This document shows, one piece after another, positions 28,593 through 38,399 of a stretch of DNA of 64,000 nucleotides. The DNA comes from Candidatus Binatia bacterium (GTDB taxonomy: Bacteria > Desulfobacterota > Binatia > Bin18): NCBI GenBank assembly GCA_963664395.2, contig OY761159.2, positions 1,632,001-1,696,000 on the forward strand, written 5' to 3'. Under the pieces are notes generated by a model. That model saw only the letters and a list, made by a program, of their open reading frames with translations, had not been told where the DNA came from and ran no database searches. A program made the translations under genes and the position numbers. Numbering within the stretch: the first letter of the stretch is position 1; each line of letters starts with the position of its first letter.

Positions 28593-30283
28593 AACTGATA
28601 TTCGTGGAATATCTGGCGTCTCTGAAAGAACGCGGCGAACTCGACGTCATTATGCCCGATCTCCTCAGCGAGATCGGCCTGTCGGTCATATCAAGGCCGG
28701 CGATCGGAACGAAACAGTACGGCGTCGACGTGGCCGCGGTCGGCGATTCCGACGGCGTGCGCAAGGTTTTCCTTATCTCGATCAAGCCCGGAGATCTCAG
28801 GCGTTCCGGTTGGAACACCGGCGAACAATCCCTTCGGGCGTCACTCGATCAGATAGAGGACGTGTACATCCCGAAACTCTTGCCCGGCCGTTACAAGCAC
28901 CTTCCGGTGGTCGTCGTTCTTTGCCTGGGCGGAGAGCTGCATGAAGACGTGCGGACAGACGTCGAAAGTTATATTGACGGGCACACGCGCGAAGGCGTCG
29001 CATTCGAGGTCTGGAATGGCGACATGCTGGCCGATCTACTGCTCTCGGGCGTGCTTCGGGAGAACGCCCTGCCAAAAACATGGCGGTCGGATTTCCGCAA
29101 GTCCGTGGCGCTGGTCGACGAGCCCGACCTTAGTTTCGCGCACTTTTGCCGTTTCGTGAACAACATCGCTAGCGCGTGCAAGGCGACCAGACCGGCACGC
29201 CTCACGGCGATTCGCCAGATCTACCTGGGTCTTTGGACGCTTTACGTCTGGGCTCGCACCGCCGGCAACACCGAAGCGGCCTACCTGTGCAGCGAGCGGG
29301 CCGTTCTTATCGCGTGGGCGCTGGTCAAGGATCATCTCGCGGGCAAATCGAAAGCGGCGCGGCAACTCGAACAATCAATGGAACGCCTCATCGCGCTGCA
29401 TGTTCTGATTGCCGACGACTACATTGCCAGCTACGTCGAGCCGAGGGCTAAAATACGTCACGGTTTGAGTTCCGCAGTGCCAAGCCATGCGTCCCTCGAT
29501 GTGAATCTCAGACTGTTTGATCTTGTCGGGCGCATGGGGATCAGAGGGCTTTGGCTCTTGCAACTTGCCGACCGCCTTGGCCAAGACGGCAAGGAGAAAG
29601 AAATCGTTGAAGGTGCCCTGCAACGTATGGCCCGGCTTCTCACGGATGTGATCCCGAACAACCCTATTCTATTCACCCCGATCAAGGACAACCAGGCGAT
29701 CGACATCAACATTGCCTGCCTCTTCCTGGACAGGGCCGGATACTGTGATGTGATCCAACACTGGATCGGGCAGGTTGCCCGAGCAACGATATTCGCCTTT
29801 CAGTTTCAAGGCCCTTACCCGTGCATTTACGGTGAGTATCGCGATCTCGTCGATCACCCGAGGGACGATGACGAGTATCGCATTGAGGCCACCGCCGGCA
29901 GCCTGCTGGTGCCTACGCTTGCGGTCTGGGCCGCCATCACGGCCGATCCAGCAACGTTGAAACTGTTGGCGGATTTCACAGCGGGTCCCTATAACCATTC
30001 GACCCTGCAACTCTGGTATCCGGGTTCCGACACTGAAGCCCACCTTTATCGTGGCAGCGCCAATCACGGGCTGGCTGCCACCGGGATCCATATCCAGCGC
30101 TCCTGCAAGGCTATGCTCTCTCCCATCAAATCGGAATGCGAAGCTAGTGCGGCGTTCACGTCGTTGTCTGCCGTCAGCCACGGTCTGTGGCCATTGGTCA
30201 TTCTGGCCTGCCGCCACCACCGCGTTCCGGTGCCTCCGCATTTCTGGCCACTTTCAGGCCCGACGATTGATAGCGCAGGCTGA
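28589..30283 (+). CDS. Protein with N-terminal restriction-endonuclease-like PD-(D/E)xK domain, candidate antiphage effector (OloB-like)
   Basis: ELD..PDLL..IG, QYGVDVAAVG, VFLISIK, EVWNGDMLADLL: Mrr/REase-like pattern followed by a long helical region. Confidence 0.65.
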   Translation: MKLIFVEYLASLKERGELDVIMPDLLSEIGLSVISRPAIGTKQYGVDVAAVGDSDGVRKVFLISIKPGDLRRSGWNTGEQSLRASLDQIEDVYIPKLLPGRYKHLPVVVVLCLGGELHEDVRTDVESYIDGHTREGVAFEVWNGDMLADLLLSGVLRENALPKTWRSDFRKSVALVDEPDLSFAHFCRFVNNIASACKATRPARLTAIRQIYLGLWTLYVWARTAGNTEAAYLCSERAVLIAWALVKDHLAGKSKAARQLEQSMERLIALHVLIADDYIASYVEPRAKIRHGLSSAVPSHASLDVNLRLFDLVGRMGIRGLWLLQLADRLGQDGKEKEIVEGALQRMARLLTDVIPNNPILFTPIKDNQAIDINIACLFLDRAGYCDVIQHWIGQVARATIFAFQFQGPYPCIYGEYRDLVDHPRDDDEYRIEATAGSLLVPTLAVWAAITADPATLKLLADFTAGPYNHSTLQLWYPGSDTEAHLYRGSANHGLAATGIHIQRSCKAMLSPIKSECEASAAFTSLSAVSHGLWPLVILACRHHRVPVPPHFWPLSGPTIDSAG

Positions 30284-30490
30284 GTGCGCCGGCGCTCCGC
30301 GCCACGATGTCCTGGTCGACAAGGAGCACCCGTCCGAGGCACGCGGACCCAAGCTTCTGGCCCCGAGACTGACCGCCGAACGAGAAACCTCCCAACCTTG
30401 ACGGGCCGACTTAATAGTCTCTAAGTCTCTAGGGTGATCGGTGATACTCACGCTGACGAGACACAATGCCGAGAAGGGAGCGAGTGCGAG

Positions 30491-31485
30491 ATGGCTGACG
30501 CGGATGAGAAAACATTGGTCTTCAGTTTCGACGGTACAGGGAACGAGCCCAGCGATGCCGATGAATTCCAGGAAGATGAGAGTATCAGCAACATCTTGAA
30601 GCTCCACATTAGCTCCAAGATTCGGCGATGCCCGAAGAATTTTGAATGAGGCCATGAAGGACTTCAAAGAGGCAGACTACCAGTCCGGTGATACCCTTGC
30701 CATATTCGGCTTCAGCCGCGGCGCTGCGCTGGCCCGGAAATTCGCCAGTATGGTCTTGGAAGAGCATGCACAGTGCCGCGTATCCTTATCTGGGCGTGTT
30801 CGATACTGTCGCCGCGATGGGTGGTATGCACCGCAAAGGCGAACGCATCAGCAGCCATGTTGTCTTTGAGAACGGCACCTTGAATGAACGCATTGAACGG
30901 GCGGTGCATATCGTGTCGCTCGACGAGAGTCGGGTGTCGTTCGAGCCAACGCTCATCAACAAAGACGACAAGAATCCGAACCGTATTCTGGAAGTGTGGT
31001 TTCCCGGCGTCCATAGCGACATCGGCGGAGGCTACTGGTTTGACGGACTGTCTGACGTGGCGCTGACGTTCATGATTGCTGAATGCAAGAAGACGCTTGG
31101 CGACCGGATTAGTATTAAGGAGGGGAACTACGCGGACATCCACGGGCTGCTGGAATCCCAGAAAAGCGAGTTGGCCGATTTGGAAGTTGACGACATCGCC
31201 ATCAACCCTCTGGTCCATGGCATACTGCACGCAAACTCGGGAGTGACGACAATTCCTGGCCAGGAACCACGAGCGGTATATGTCAGCGACAATGACGCTC
31301 CGAGCCGCAATACGGATGACCTCCCGATTGTGCATTATTCGGTGAAGGAGCGATTCCACTCTGTCGCAGGCTATCGACCGGCAGCGTTGCGTGGGCGGAT
31401 ATTCAAACTGTTACGAGACGGAAGGATCAGTGAACCGCTACATGGTATCAGTCAGTTGCGAGGGGAAGTTCAGTTTCCTTCCTAA
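30491..31485 (+). pseudogene. DUF2235 / Tle1-like alpha/beta hydrolase, frameshifted
   Basis: LVFSFDGTGN, FGFSRGAALAR and LGVFDTV...EVWFPGVHSDIGGG lie in three separate ORFs (breaks near 30620-30645 and 30788). Confidence 0.85.
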
Positions 31486-31686
31486 AAATCTTGATTAAGA
31501 AAAGCGCACACCCAGCGCTCCGTCGCTTGGCCACCAAGTGGTACGCTGGGCTGTCGGTGTATGGGGGAAAGTCCGCCCTCAATCTGCCCTGGACTTGCCG
31601 TCTGACCACCCTTCGGGCCGACGGGATATCTGGCATCAGCGACGGGGGTTGGGTAGAGTGTCTTCAATCAAGACAAAAGGTACCTC

Positions 31687-32610
31687 ATGGAAGAAAGAGA
31701 GTGGTATCAACAACTGATTGAACCCCGCCGCCGGGCTTTGGAGCAGCTTCGTCTCGAACTTGATTTCTTCTTGAGAGACGTTGGCGACATCACCATATAC
31801 AATGTTCATCATCGCATGAAGGAGTTTGAGAGTGCGCATAGAAAGTCCTCTGCGAAAGGTGTTTCAATAGAACAACTAGATGACCTTGCTGGTCTCAGGG
31901 TCATTGTCGGTACAAAGAAAGAAGTGCCCATAATTGAATATTTTTTAAAACGACAAGAAATTGGCAAAGACCTTAAAGTATTGGAACGTGAGGAATTGGA
32001 CAAACCGGATGGCTATCGTGCACTCCATCTCGTCGTTGAACTAAAGAGCCACTATAAACGCTCGGTTTATCCAGGCCGTGTTGAGGTGCAGATTCAAACC
32101 GTATTCGCTCACGCATTCAACTTTCTCTCTCGGGCATGGCGCTACAAGCAGCAGCCGGTTCCATCCAGCATATGGCATGAGTATTTTACAAGTCTGTCAA
32201 AAAACTTATCCATTATCGAAGGATCAGCCAGCCAATTATACGATCAAATCGCTGAAATCAGAACGAGCGAGAATGAAGAGTCACTAACGCCACATTCTCT
32301 TCAATTACTGACAAACCAGGAATTCGAGGAGAATATGGAATTAGAAGCTGCTGTGGATTTGTGTCGAAATTATAGGGATATGGGCTATAAAACTAATGGC
32401 CAGATTAGAGATCTCTATCGGAACAAGGAAATTGATCAACTATATAAAAAGGCTTTGTCGAATCGTACAAACAATGGATTCGCTAGATACCTTGCTGATA
32501 TGAGCCGATCTAATTTCTGGCATATGTTTGGGACACGTATTATAAATTCTCCTGAGAATCTTCAGTCGATTGAGCAGACTATTCAGAGGCGTGATAATGA
32601 GACAACTTGA
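31687..32610 (+). CDS. Stand-alone RelA/SpoT synthetase-domain protein (small alarmone synthetase-like) with C-terminal extension
   Basis: HRMK, DLAGLRVI, GYRALH, EVQIQT synthetase motifs; no HD hydrolase domain; visibly AT-richer than flanks. Confidence 0.85.
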   Translation: MEEREWYQQLIEPRRRALEQLRLELDFFLRDVGDITIYNVHHRMKEFESAHRKSSAKGVSIEQLDDLAGLRVIVGTKKEVPIIEYFLKRQEIGKDLKVLEREELDKPDGYRALHLVVELKSHYKRSVYPGRVEVQIQTVFAHAFNFLSRAWRYKQQPVPSSIWHEYFTSLSKNLSIIEGSASQLYDQIAEIRTSENEESLTPHSLQLLTNQEFEENMELEAAVDLCRNYRDMGYKTNGQIRDLYRNKEIDQLYKKALSNRTNNGFARYLADMSRSNFWHMFGTRIINSPENLQSIEQTIQRRDNETT

Positions 32611-32709
32611 CCGCTTCTAGTCCCATAAGTCGGATTAGCGGAGAGGAATCCGATAGCTCCCCTGGTATACATTCCGATATGAGACAGTGACACAGGCGAA
32701 GGAGCCCAG

Positions 32710-33639
32710 GTGTTACCACCGTTATTCACATCAGACTACTTGTCCCGGCTCGAAACATTACGCATTCAGACCAGACGCCGCTTTCTTGGTAGCCGTCCGG
32801 GTGGCCATCTTTCGCTGCGCCGTGGTGCGGGACTCGAATTTGCCGATTATCGCCGTTACTCCCCCGGCGATGACCTGCGCTATATTGACTGGAATCTGTA
32901 CGGCCGCACCGACCGTCTCTATATTAAGCAGTTTCAAGAAGAAGAGGAGCTCTATACCTCGCTCTTCCTGGATAGCAGCGCCTCTATGGCTTACCCCGCT
33001 CAAGACGGGAAATCCGAAGCCGCGCGAGATATCATTTTATCGCTCGCCCACGTTGTGCTGGCCGGCAGCGATGCCGTCAAGCTCTCTCTCTTGGGCGCTG
33101 CGACGCCACAATCCGCCCCAGCGACAACGCCGTTCTTTCGAGGTCGCCAGCGGTTGGTCAATTTTGCGGAATTTCTCGCCGGTTACATTCGGAGTGTGGG
33201 CTTCCAGCCTGCAAATAATCGCGGCCACGTCAACGTCGTTCAATCTCTTGCGCGGCAGTTGCAGCAGTCCCACCATCCGGGCAAGGCGGTTTGGGTTTCT
33301 GACTTTTTATTTCCCCTGCCTGATGTCCGCGCCGGACTGAGTCTTTTACGCGGTGCAGGCTTTGACCTGGCGGTTATTCAGATTCTCGGACATGAGGAAA
33401 TTGACCCGCCGACCTTTCCAGGCGGAGCCCGGCTGACGGACAGTGAAAGTGGAGAGGAAAGCCTGGTCTACTTCGACGACCACGCCAAACAGACCTATAT
33501 GCAACGCCTGGACCGACACAATCGAGAATTGCAGAGTTCCTGTCATCAGGCTGGTGTACACTATGCACGTTTTATAACCCATCAAGACTTGCCCTACTTT
33601 GTTTTACGCGAGCTGCCGGAGCTGGGGCTCTTGATGTAG
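32710..33639 (+). CDS. DUF58 domain protein
   Basis: GLEFADYRRYSPGDDLRYIDWNLYGRTDRLYIKQFQEE, DSSASM, VSDF. Confidence 0.92.
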   Translation: MLPPLFTSDYLSRLETLRIQTRRRFLGSRPGGHLSLRRGAGLEFADYRRYSPGDDLRYIDWNLYGRTDRLYIKQFQEEEELYTSLFLDSSASMAYPAQDGKSEAARDIILSLAHVVLAGSDAVKLSLLGAATPQSAPATTPFFRGRQRLVNFAEFLAGYIRSVGFQPANNRGHVNVVQSLARQLQQSHHPGKAVWVSDFLFPLPDVRAGLSLLRGAGFDLAVIQILGHEEIDPPTFPGGARLTDSESGEESLVYFDDHAKQTYMQRLDRHNRELQSSCHQAGVHYARFITHQDLPYFVLRELPELGLLM

Positions 33640-33663
33640 TACCGTGCAGTAGTTTTGAGTCTC

Positions 33664-35631
33664 ATGCATTTCAGTTTTCTTTCCCCTGCCGCATTTTCCC
33701 TCCTGTTCGCGCTGCCCCTGCTGCTTTTGCCCTATCTGCTCCGGCGGCGACACAAACGTCTGGTCGTTCCGGCTCTCTTTCTATACCAGGGCATGTCTTC
33801 CCCGGTCCGGCGCCGCCTGTGGGGCAGAATCCGGCTTTCTCCGCTCTTTTTGCTTCAACTCCTCATTCTCTTGTTGTTGGTTGCCATTGCGGCCCGTCCG
33901 GTCTTGAGACACGCCAGAGCTGAAAAAATAGCGCTCGTGCTCGACACCTCGGCAAGTATGCAGGCGCGCGCGCCTTCGGGCCAAGCATCACTTTTTGAGG
34001 CAGCAAAAGATACAATTCACCGGGAACTGACGGCTGTCCCGGCCCAGAGCCGCCTCAGCATCTTCACCACCAATCCACTCGGAGCGTTATCTGAAGAACT
34101 GCTCGACCACCTCGTCGATTCGGCTGGAGAGCCCATCACGGCCGGTTCTGATATTCAGGCCATGTGGGATCAGATTATTGTCAGTGATGCACCCGACCCG
34201 AGTGATGAAGCGCTCTCTGTCTTTTTTGCTCAGCTCTTACGCGAGCAAGACTTTGCGCGCGTCTTCTTTGTGACCGATCGTCCGGTCACGCAGTCCATTG
34301 ACGGGCAGACGCTCGGGCCGGCACTCCGGGTGGTGACGCTGGGCACTTCCCGGCCAAATATTGGAATACGCGCGTTTCGCTTGTACCGGAGCCCATTCTT
34401 TCCGGATGAGATTCAAGCCACGGTCGGCATACATGCTCACGCAGGCGGCCTGCCCCAAATCGGGCAGGGTGGCATCCAGGTTGTCATTGAAGACGGCCAG
34501 ACCAAGCAGCGTTTTGCCGTACAACAGGCAAAAGAGCCGACCCAGCCCACGTTCTCCTTTTCACAGCTCCCGCTCACGACCACCTACCGAGCCCGGATTC
34601 TTTTTGGGGAACAGGAAGAGGCAGGCGGAGCGCGCGGAGGAGCCGACATCGAAGACAGTCTGGCAGTAGACAACGAAGCCTACGCCGTTCTTCCGCCCCT
34701 TGAGGATATTTCCGTCCTACTCGTCACCCCAACGCCCGAGGTCGGAGACAGTCTTGCTCAGATACCAAACGTCAAGTTGACACGCATGACCCCCCAGGAC
34801 TATGACCCCGCTGACGTGACGCACGCGTCCGAGTTTATGTGCATGCTCTTTCACCTCACTGCCCCTGAAGCGCTGCCGCCGACGCCGGCGGCCTTTTTTC
34901 TGCCGCCGGACGGTAATTCCCTTTTCTCGTTGGGACAGAGCGCGCAGCAGCCCCAGCTCACCCACTGGACCCATGGCCATCCCCTGACCGCGTATTTGAC
35001 CGTTCCTTTACTCACCCCGGCCTATGCCCAATCCATCCACCCCTCTGTGTGGAATACACCAATTATCGAGAGTACGGTTGGCCCGCTCCTGTTGGCTGGA
35101 GAACGCACAGGGACACGCTACGTTGTGACGGGATTCGACCTCTTGCCGTACCTGGGAGCCCGCAACCTGCCGGTGTCCATTTTGACCCTGAATATTCTGG
35201 CCTGGCTCTCGGACCGGGCTGAGCGGCCGGGTCTGTATAAAACAGGGGCAGTGCTGAGCCCGCAGTCACACCCGGCCGGTACAACAAGTCCAACAGACCC
35301 AGCCCTGTACGTTCGTTTTCCTCAGCAGACACACTTTCAACCCGTTGAGCGGGCTCTCTCATTGGACCGGCAAGGGGTGTATACTGTTCGTGAAAATGGC
35401 CTGGAACGTCTCATGGCCGTCAATCTCTTGAGCTTGGAAGAGACTGACTTGGGCAGGCCGCTGTCCTTGGTTCTTGAAGAGGCTGCCGGACAGTCTCCGC
35501 AGGCGCAGACAGACAGCGTGAGCCGAACACACGAACAGCCTGTCTGGCCGTGGCTCCTGCTCGCCGTATTCATCCTATGCAGTCTGGAGTGGTGGTGGGT
35601 CGCTCGAAAAAGAAATGAGAGCAGCCTGTAG
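33664..35631 (+). CDS. BatA/vWA domain membrane protein
   Basis: N-terminal double-TM BatA pattern, LVLDTSASM MIDAS motif, C-terminal TM (VWPWLLL...LEWW). Confidence 0.82.
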   Translation: MHFSFLSPAAFSLLFALPLLLLPYLLRRRHKRLVVPALFLYQGMSSPVRRRLWGRIRLSPLFLLQLLILLLLVAIAARPVLRHARAEKIALVLDTSASMQARAPSGQASLFEAAKDTIHRELTAVPAQSRLSIFTTNPLGALSEELLDHLVDSAGEPITAGSDIQAMWDQIIVSDAPDPSDEALSVFFAQLLREQDFARVFFVTDRPVTQSIDGQTLGPALRVVTLGTSRPNIGIRAFRLYRSPFFPDEIQATVGIHAHAGGLPQIGQGGIQVVIEDGQTKQRFAVQQAKEPTQPTFSFSQLPLTTTYRARILFGEQEEAGGARGGADIEDSLAVDNEAYAVLPPLEDISVLLVTPTPEVGDSLAQIPNVKLTRMTPQDYDPADVTHASEFMCMLFHLTAPEALPPTPAAFFLPPDGNSLFSLGQSAQQPQLTHWTHGHPLTAYLTVPLLTPAYAQSIHPSVWNTPIIESTVGPLLLAGERTGTRYVVTGFDLLPYLGARNLPVSILTLNILAWLSDRAERPGLYKTGAVLSPQSHPAGTTSPTDPALYVRFPQQTHFQPVERALSLDRQGVYTVRENGLERLMAVNLLSLEETDLGRPLSLVLEEAAGQSPQAQTDSVSRTHEQPVWPWLLLAVFILCSLEWWWVARKRNESSL

Positions 35632-38246
35632 TGTTGCGAATGTCGTTTATGGAAGGCCTGACGCTGCTGACCGATCTTCTGCCTCCAGTGGAGTGGAGCC
35701 GGCCGACTCTTCTGTACGGGCTTGTCGTGACGCCCTTCTTCCTCTTGTTGCAGCGCTTTGTTTTCCGCCAGCGGCCTTCGTTTTCCAGTCTGGTGCTCCG
35801 TGGGCTTTTCCTGATAGTCCTCATCCTCGCCGCCGCAGCCCCCTCTACCCGAGGCAGACAGCAAGCCGTTCCTCCCCTCTTGGTCCTCGATGTCTCAGAC
35901 AGCATGACCGTCACCCAACGGCAGTGGATACAGCAGACGATTACGGACCACATACGGCCGGCTCCGGACACCCCAGTCGTTCTCTTTGGTGGCGGCAACC
36001 AGCGGGTAGCCTGGCAAGACGCCCCTCCCTTTTTGGCGGCCCCTCCAGAGGGAGTACAGCCTGAAGAGACCAATATTGAGGCTGCTCTGAGCCACCTTTT
36101 GGAAGAATTGCAGCCCCGGCATGTCTATGTCTTCAGCGATGGGTGGGAAACACAGGGAACAGCGACCGGCCTGCTCCCGGCGCTGGCCAAGCAGGGTCTC
36201 CGCCTGTACCCATTTCCCCCACCGCCGGAAGAACGCGCACCCAATATCGCGCTACGGCGTCTTGGCGCACCGCAGTCTACCTCGGGTGCAGAAGACGTTG
36301 AAATTACGATTGCGTTGGAGAACACGGATATTCGACCCGTACGGGGTACGCTGACGCTCCGCGAGCGCGACAGCGTCGTGTGGCAGCAGGAAACCGAGCT
36401 CCGCCCAGGAGCCTCTCTGCTCACCCATGCGCTGCGGTTATCCGGCAGTGGCCTCGTTCCCCTGCATGCGATATTCGTCCCACAGCCTGAGGCAGCCGAC
36501 GCCATTCCTGACGACAACCAGGCAACCGCGTGGATACAGGTTGCGCCGACATCGCGCGTCTTGCTGCTCAGCGCAACGACGCGAGACAACCGCTATCTCG
36601 AACGTGCCTTAACGAGTCACGGACTCGCGGTCACGGCGCTTGCGCTGCATGCCACGCCAGCCTCGACACCTGCCCCGATACCGGCGCTGAATACCTTTAC
36701 CGCAGTGATTCTCAATAACGTTGCTCACCAACAGCTCCCGGCAGCTTTTGGGCGAGGGCTGGACGCCTATGTCAAAAATGGCGGCGGACTTGTCATGGTC
36801 GGGGGAGAAAAAAGCCTGGGTCTGGGCCACTACGCCGGCACGGCAATTGAGAAAATCCTCCCCGTGCAGGTCATCCCTCCCCAAAAAGAAGAGGAGCGGA
36901 CGGCCATGCTGCTGATCATTGATAAATCCGGCAGTATGCGTAAACAGAATAAACTGTTGTACGCGAAATTGGGCGCCCGGGCGGTTGCCCGCAACCTCAC
37001 GGATACGGACCTGTTTGGGGTGATCGGTTTTGACAAAATCCCGTTTGTGGTTGCCCCCCTCGACTATTTAGGCAAAACACGGGCCCGGCTTGATGACCGG
37101 ATTGGGCGCTTAAAGCCGTCCGGAGGCACCCTGCTACTGCCTGCCCTCCAAGAGGCCAAACGCCAGTTGGAGCGTCAGTATGCAACCCGCAAGCACATTG
37201 TGATCCTGACCGACGGCGAGACTGGTGGAAGCGGGAGCGACTATCTGGACCTTGCCTCAGTCCTTCACAACGAACTCAAGATCACGATTTCAACTATTGC
37301 CGTGGGCGAGCAACCAAACCTGCGGCTGTTATCCCGTTTGGCAGACTACGGTGGAGGAGCATTTTACCACACCACTGACCCGTCTGCCCTGCCCGACCTG
37401 TTTCTCGACGAGCTGGAAGAGAAACCGGAAGAAAAAACTATGGTTGAACGGCACCTGGACCCCATTCCGAACCGAGACTCTCCCCTGCTCAAAGAGTTGG
37501 CGCACCAGCAACTGCCGGCGGTGAAAGGCTATGTGCAAACCAGACTCAAAAAGGGGGCCCGGGCGGACTTGTCAGTGCGGGATGAGGGCAAGCAGCCACC
37601 CCTTTTAGCCTCCTGGTCCTACGGCCAAGGCAGAGCCGCGGCGTTTACCTCAGATGCCAACGGCCGCTGGTCAGCGCCGTGGGTACGCTGGGAGCGGTAC
37701 AGTCAGTTCTGGAATCAAACCGTCCGCTGGAGTTTTACACAAAATGAGCAAAATGGGCCGCACGCTTCCCCGTTTTCCGTTGAGGTCGGGCATACCGAGA
37801 CGGGGCTGCTGGTTGAGGTCTTTTTCTATGGGCCGAAAGAGTCAGACCAACTTGGCGCAACGCTCACCGCAACACTCACCGCACCGGGTGGGCTGACCAC
37901 CCGCCTGCTCTTTGAACGCCTGGCGCCCGGCCACTATCAAGGCAAGCATGACACCCGCCTGCCAGGCGACTATACCCTTGATGTCGTCCTTCCCAGCGGT
38001 GAGCGGCGTGGCCCCTTCGGCTATACTCTGCCTCGCCTCCGACCCCGTGAAGCCCCTCAACCCCGGCCCAATCTGCGCTTATTGGAAACGCTGGCAGGGG
38101 CAACGGGCGGCGTGCTGAATCCGGAGTTGGCAACGCTCAGCCCGCCGCTTGGACCGGCCGCGCAGCAGCCGCTCTGGCCTTACCTCATACCACTTGCCAT
38201 GACACTCTATCTTATGGAGCTCGTTATACGTCGGCTCACGGGCTAG
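35631..38246 (+). CDS. vWA domain protein with glutamine-amidotransferase-like domain
   Basis: DVSDSM and IDKSGSM MIDAS motifs, GGGLVMVGG, ILTDG, GRAAAFTSD. Confidence 0.82.
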   Translation: MLRMSFMEGLTLLTDLLPPVEWSRPTLLYGLVVTPFFLLLQRFVFRQRPSFSSLVLRGLFLIVLILAAAAPSTRGRQQAVPPLLVLDVSDSMTVTQRQWIQQTITDHIRPAPDTPVVLFGGGNQRVAWQDAPPFLAAPPEGVQPEETNIEAALSHLLEELQPRHVYVFSDGWETQGTATGLLPALAKQGLRLYPFPPPPEERAPNIALRRLGAPQSTSGAEDVEITIALENTDIRPVRGTLTLRERDSVVWQQETELRPGASLLTHALRLSGSGLVPLHAIFVPQPEAADAIPDDNQATAWIQVAPTSRVLLLSATTRDNRYLERALTSHGLAVTALALHATPASTPAPIPALNTFTAVILNNVAHQQLPAAFGRGLDAYVKNGGGLVMVGGEKSLGLGHYAGTAIEKILPVQVIPPQKEEERTAMLLIIDKSGSMRKQNKLLYAKLGARAVARNLTDTDLFGVIGFDKIPFVVAPLDYLGKTRARLDDRIGRLKPSGGTLLLPALQEAKRQLERQYATRKHIVILTDGETGGSGSDYLDLASVLHNELKITISTIAVGEQPNLRLLSRLADYGGGAFYHTTDPSALPDLFLDELEEKPEEKTMVERHLDPIPNRDSPLLKELAHQQLPAVKGYVQTRLKKGARADLSVRDEGKQPPLLASWSYGQGRAAAFTSDANGRWSAPWVRWERYSQFWNQTVRWSFTQNEQNGPHASPFSVEVGHTETGLLVEVFFYGPKESDQLGATLTATLTAPGGLTTRLLFERLAPGHYQGKHDTRLPGDYTLDVVLPSGERRGPFGYTLPRLRPREAPQPRPNLRLLETLAGATGGVLNPELATLSPPLGPAAQQPLWPYLIPLAMTLYLMELVIRRLTG

Positions 38247-38399
38247 GCTCTGCCCCGCTTGCCCAGGGATGTCCGTCCTGGTATGGCGGGCGGAAGGACT
38301 GAAATGAGTAAACGCGCCCTCAACAGACATGCAGATATTGGCACGTTTACTCATTTGCCTCGACCGTGGTCTGAGGATTCTGAGGGGCTGGGAGAATAG

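Noticed and set aside
30284-32700. Integron cassette array for the island genes
   Set aside because: No RYYYAAC...GTTRRRY attC structures or integron integrase recognised.
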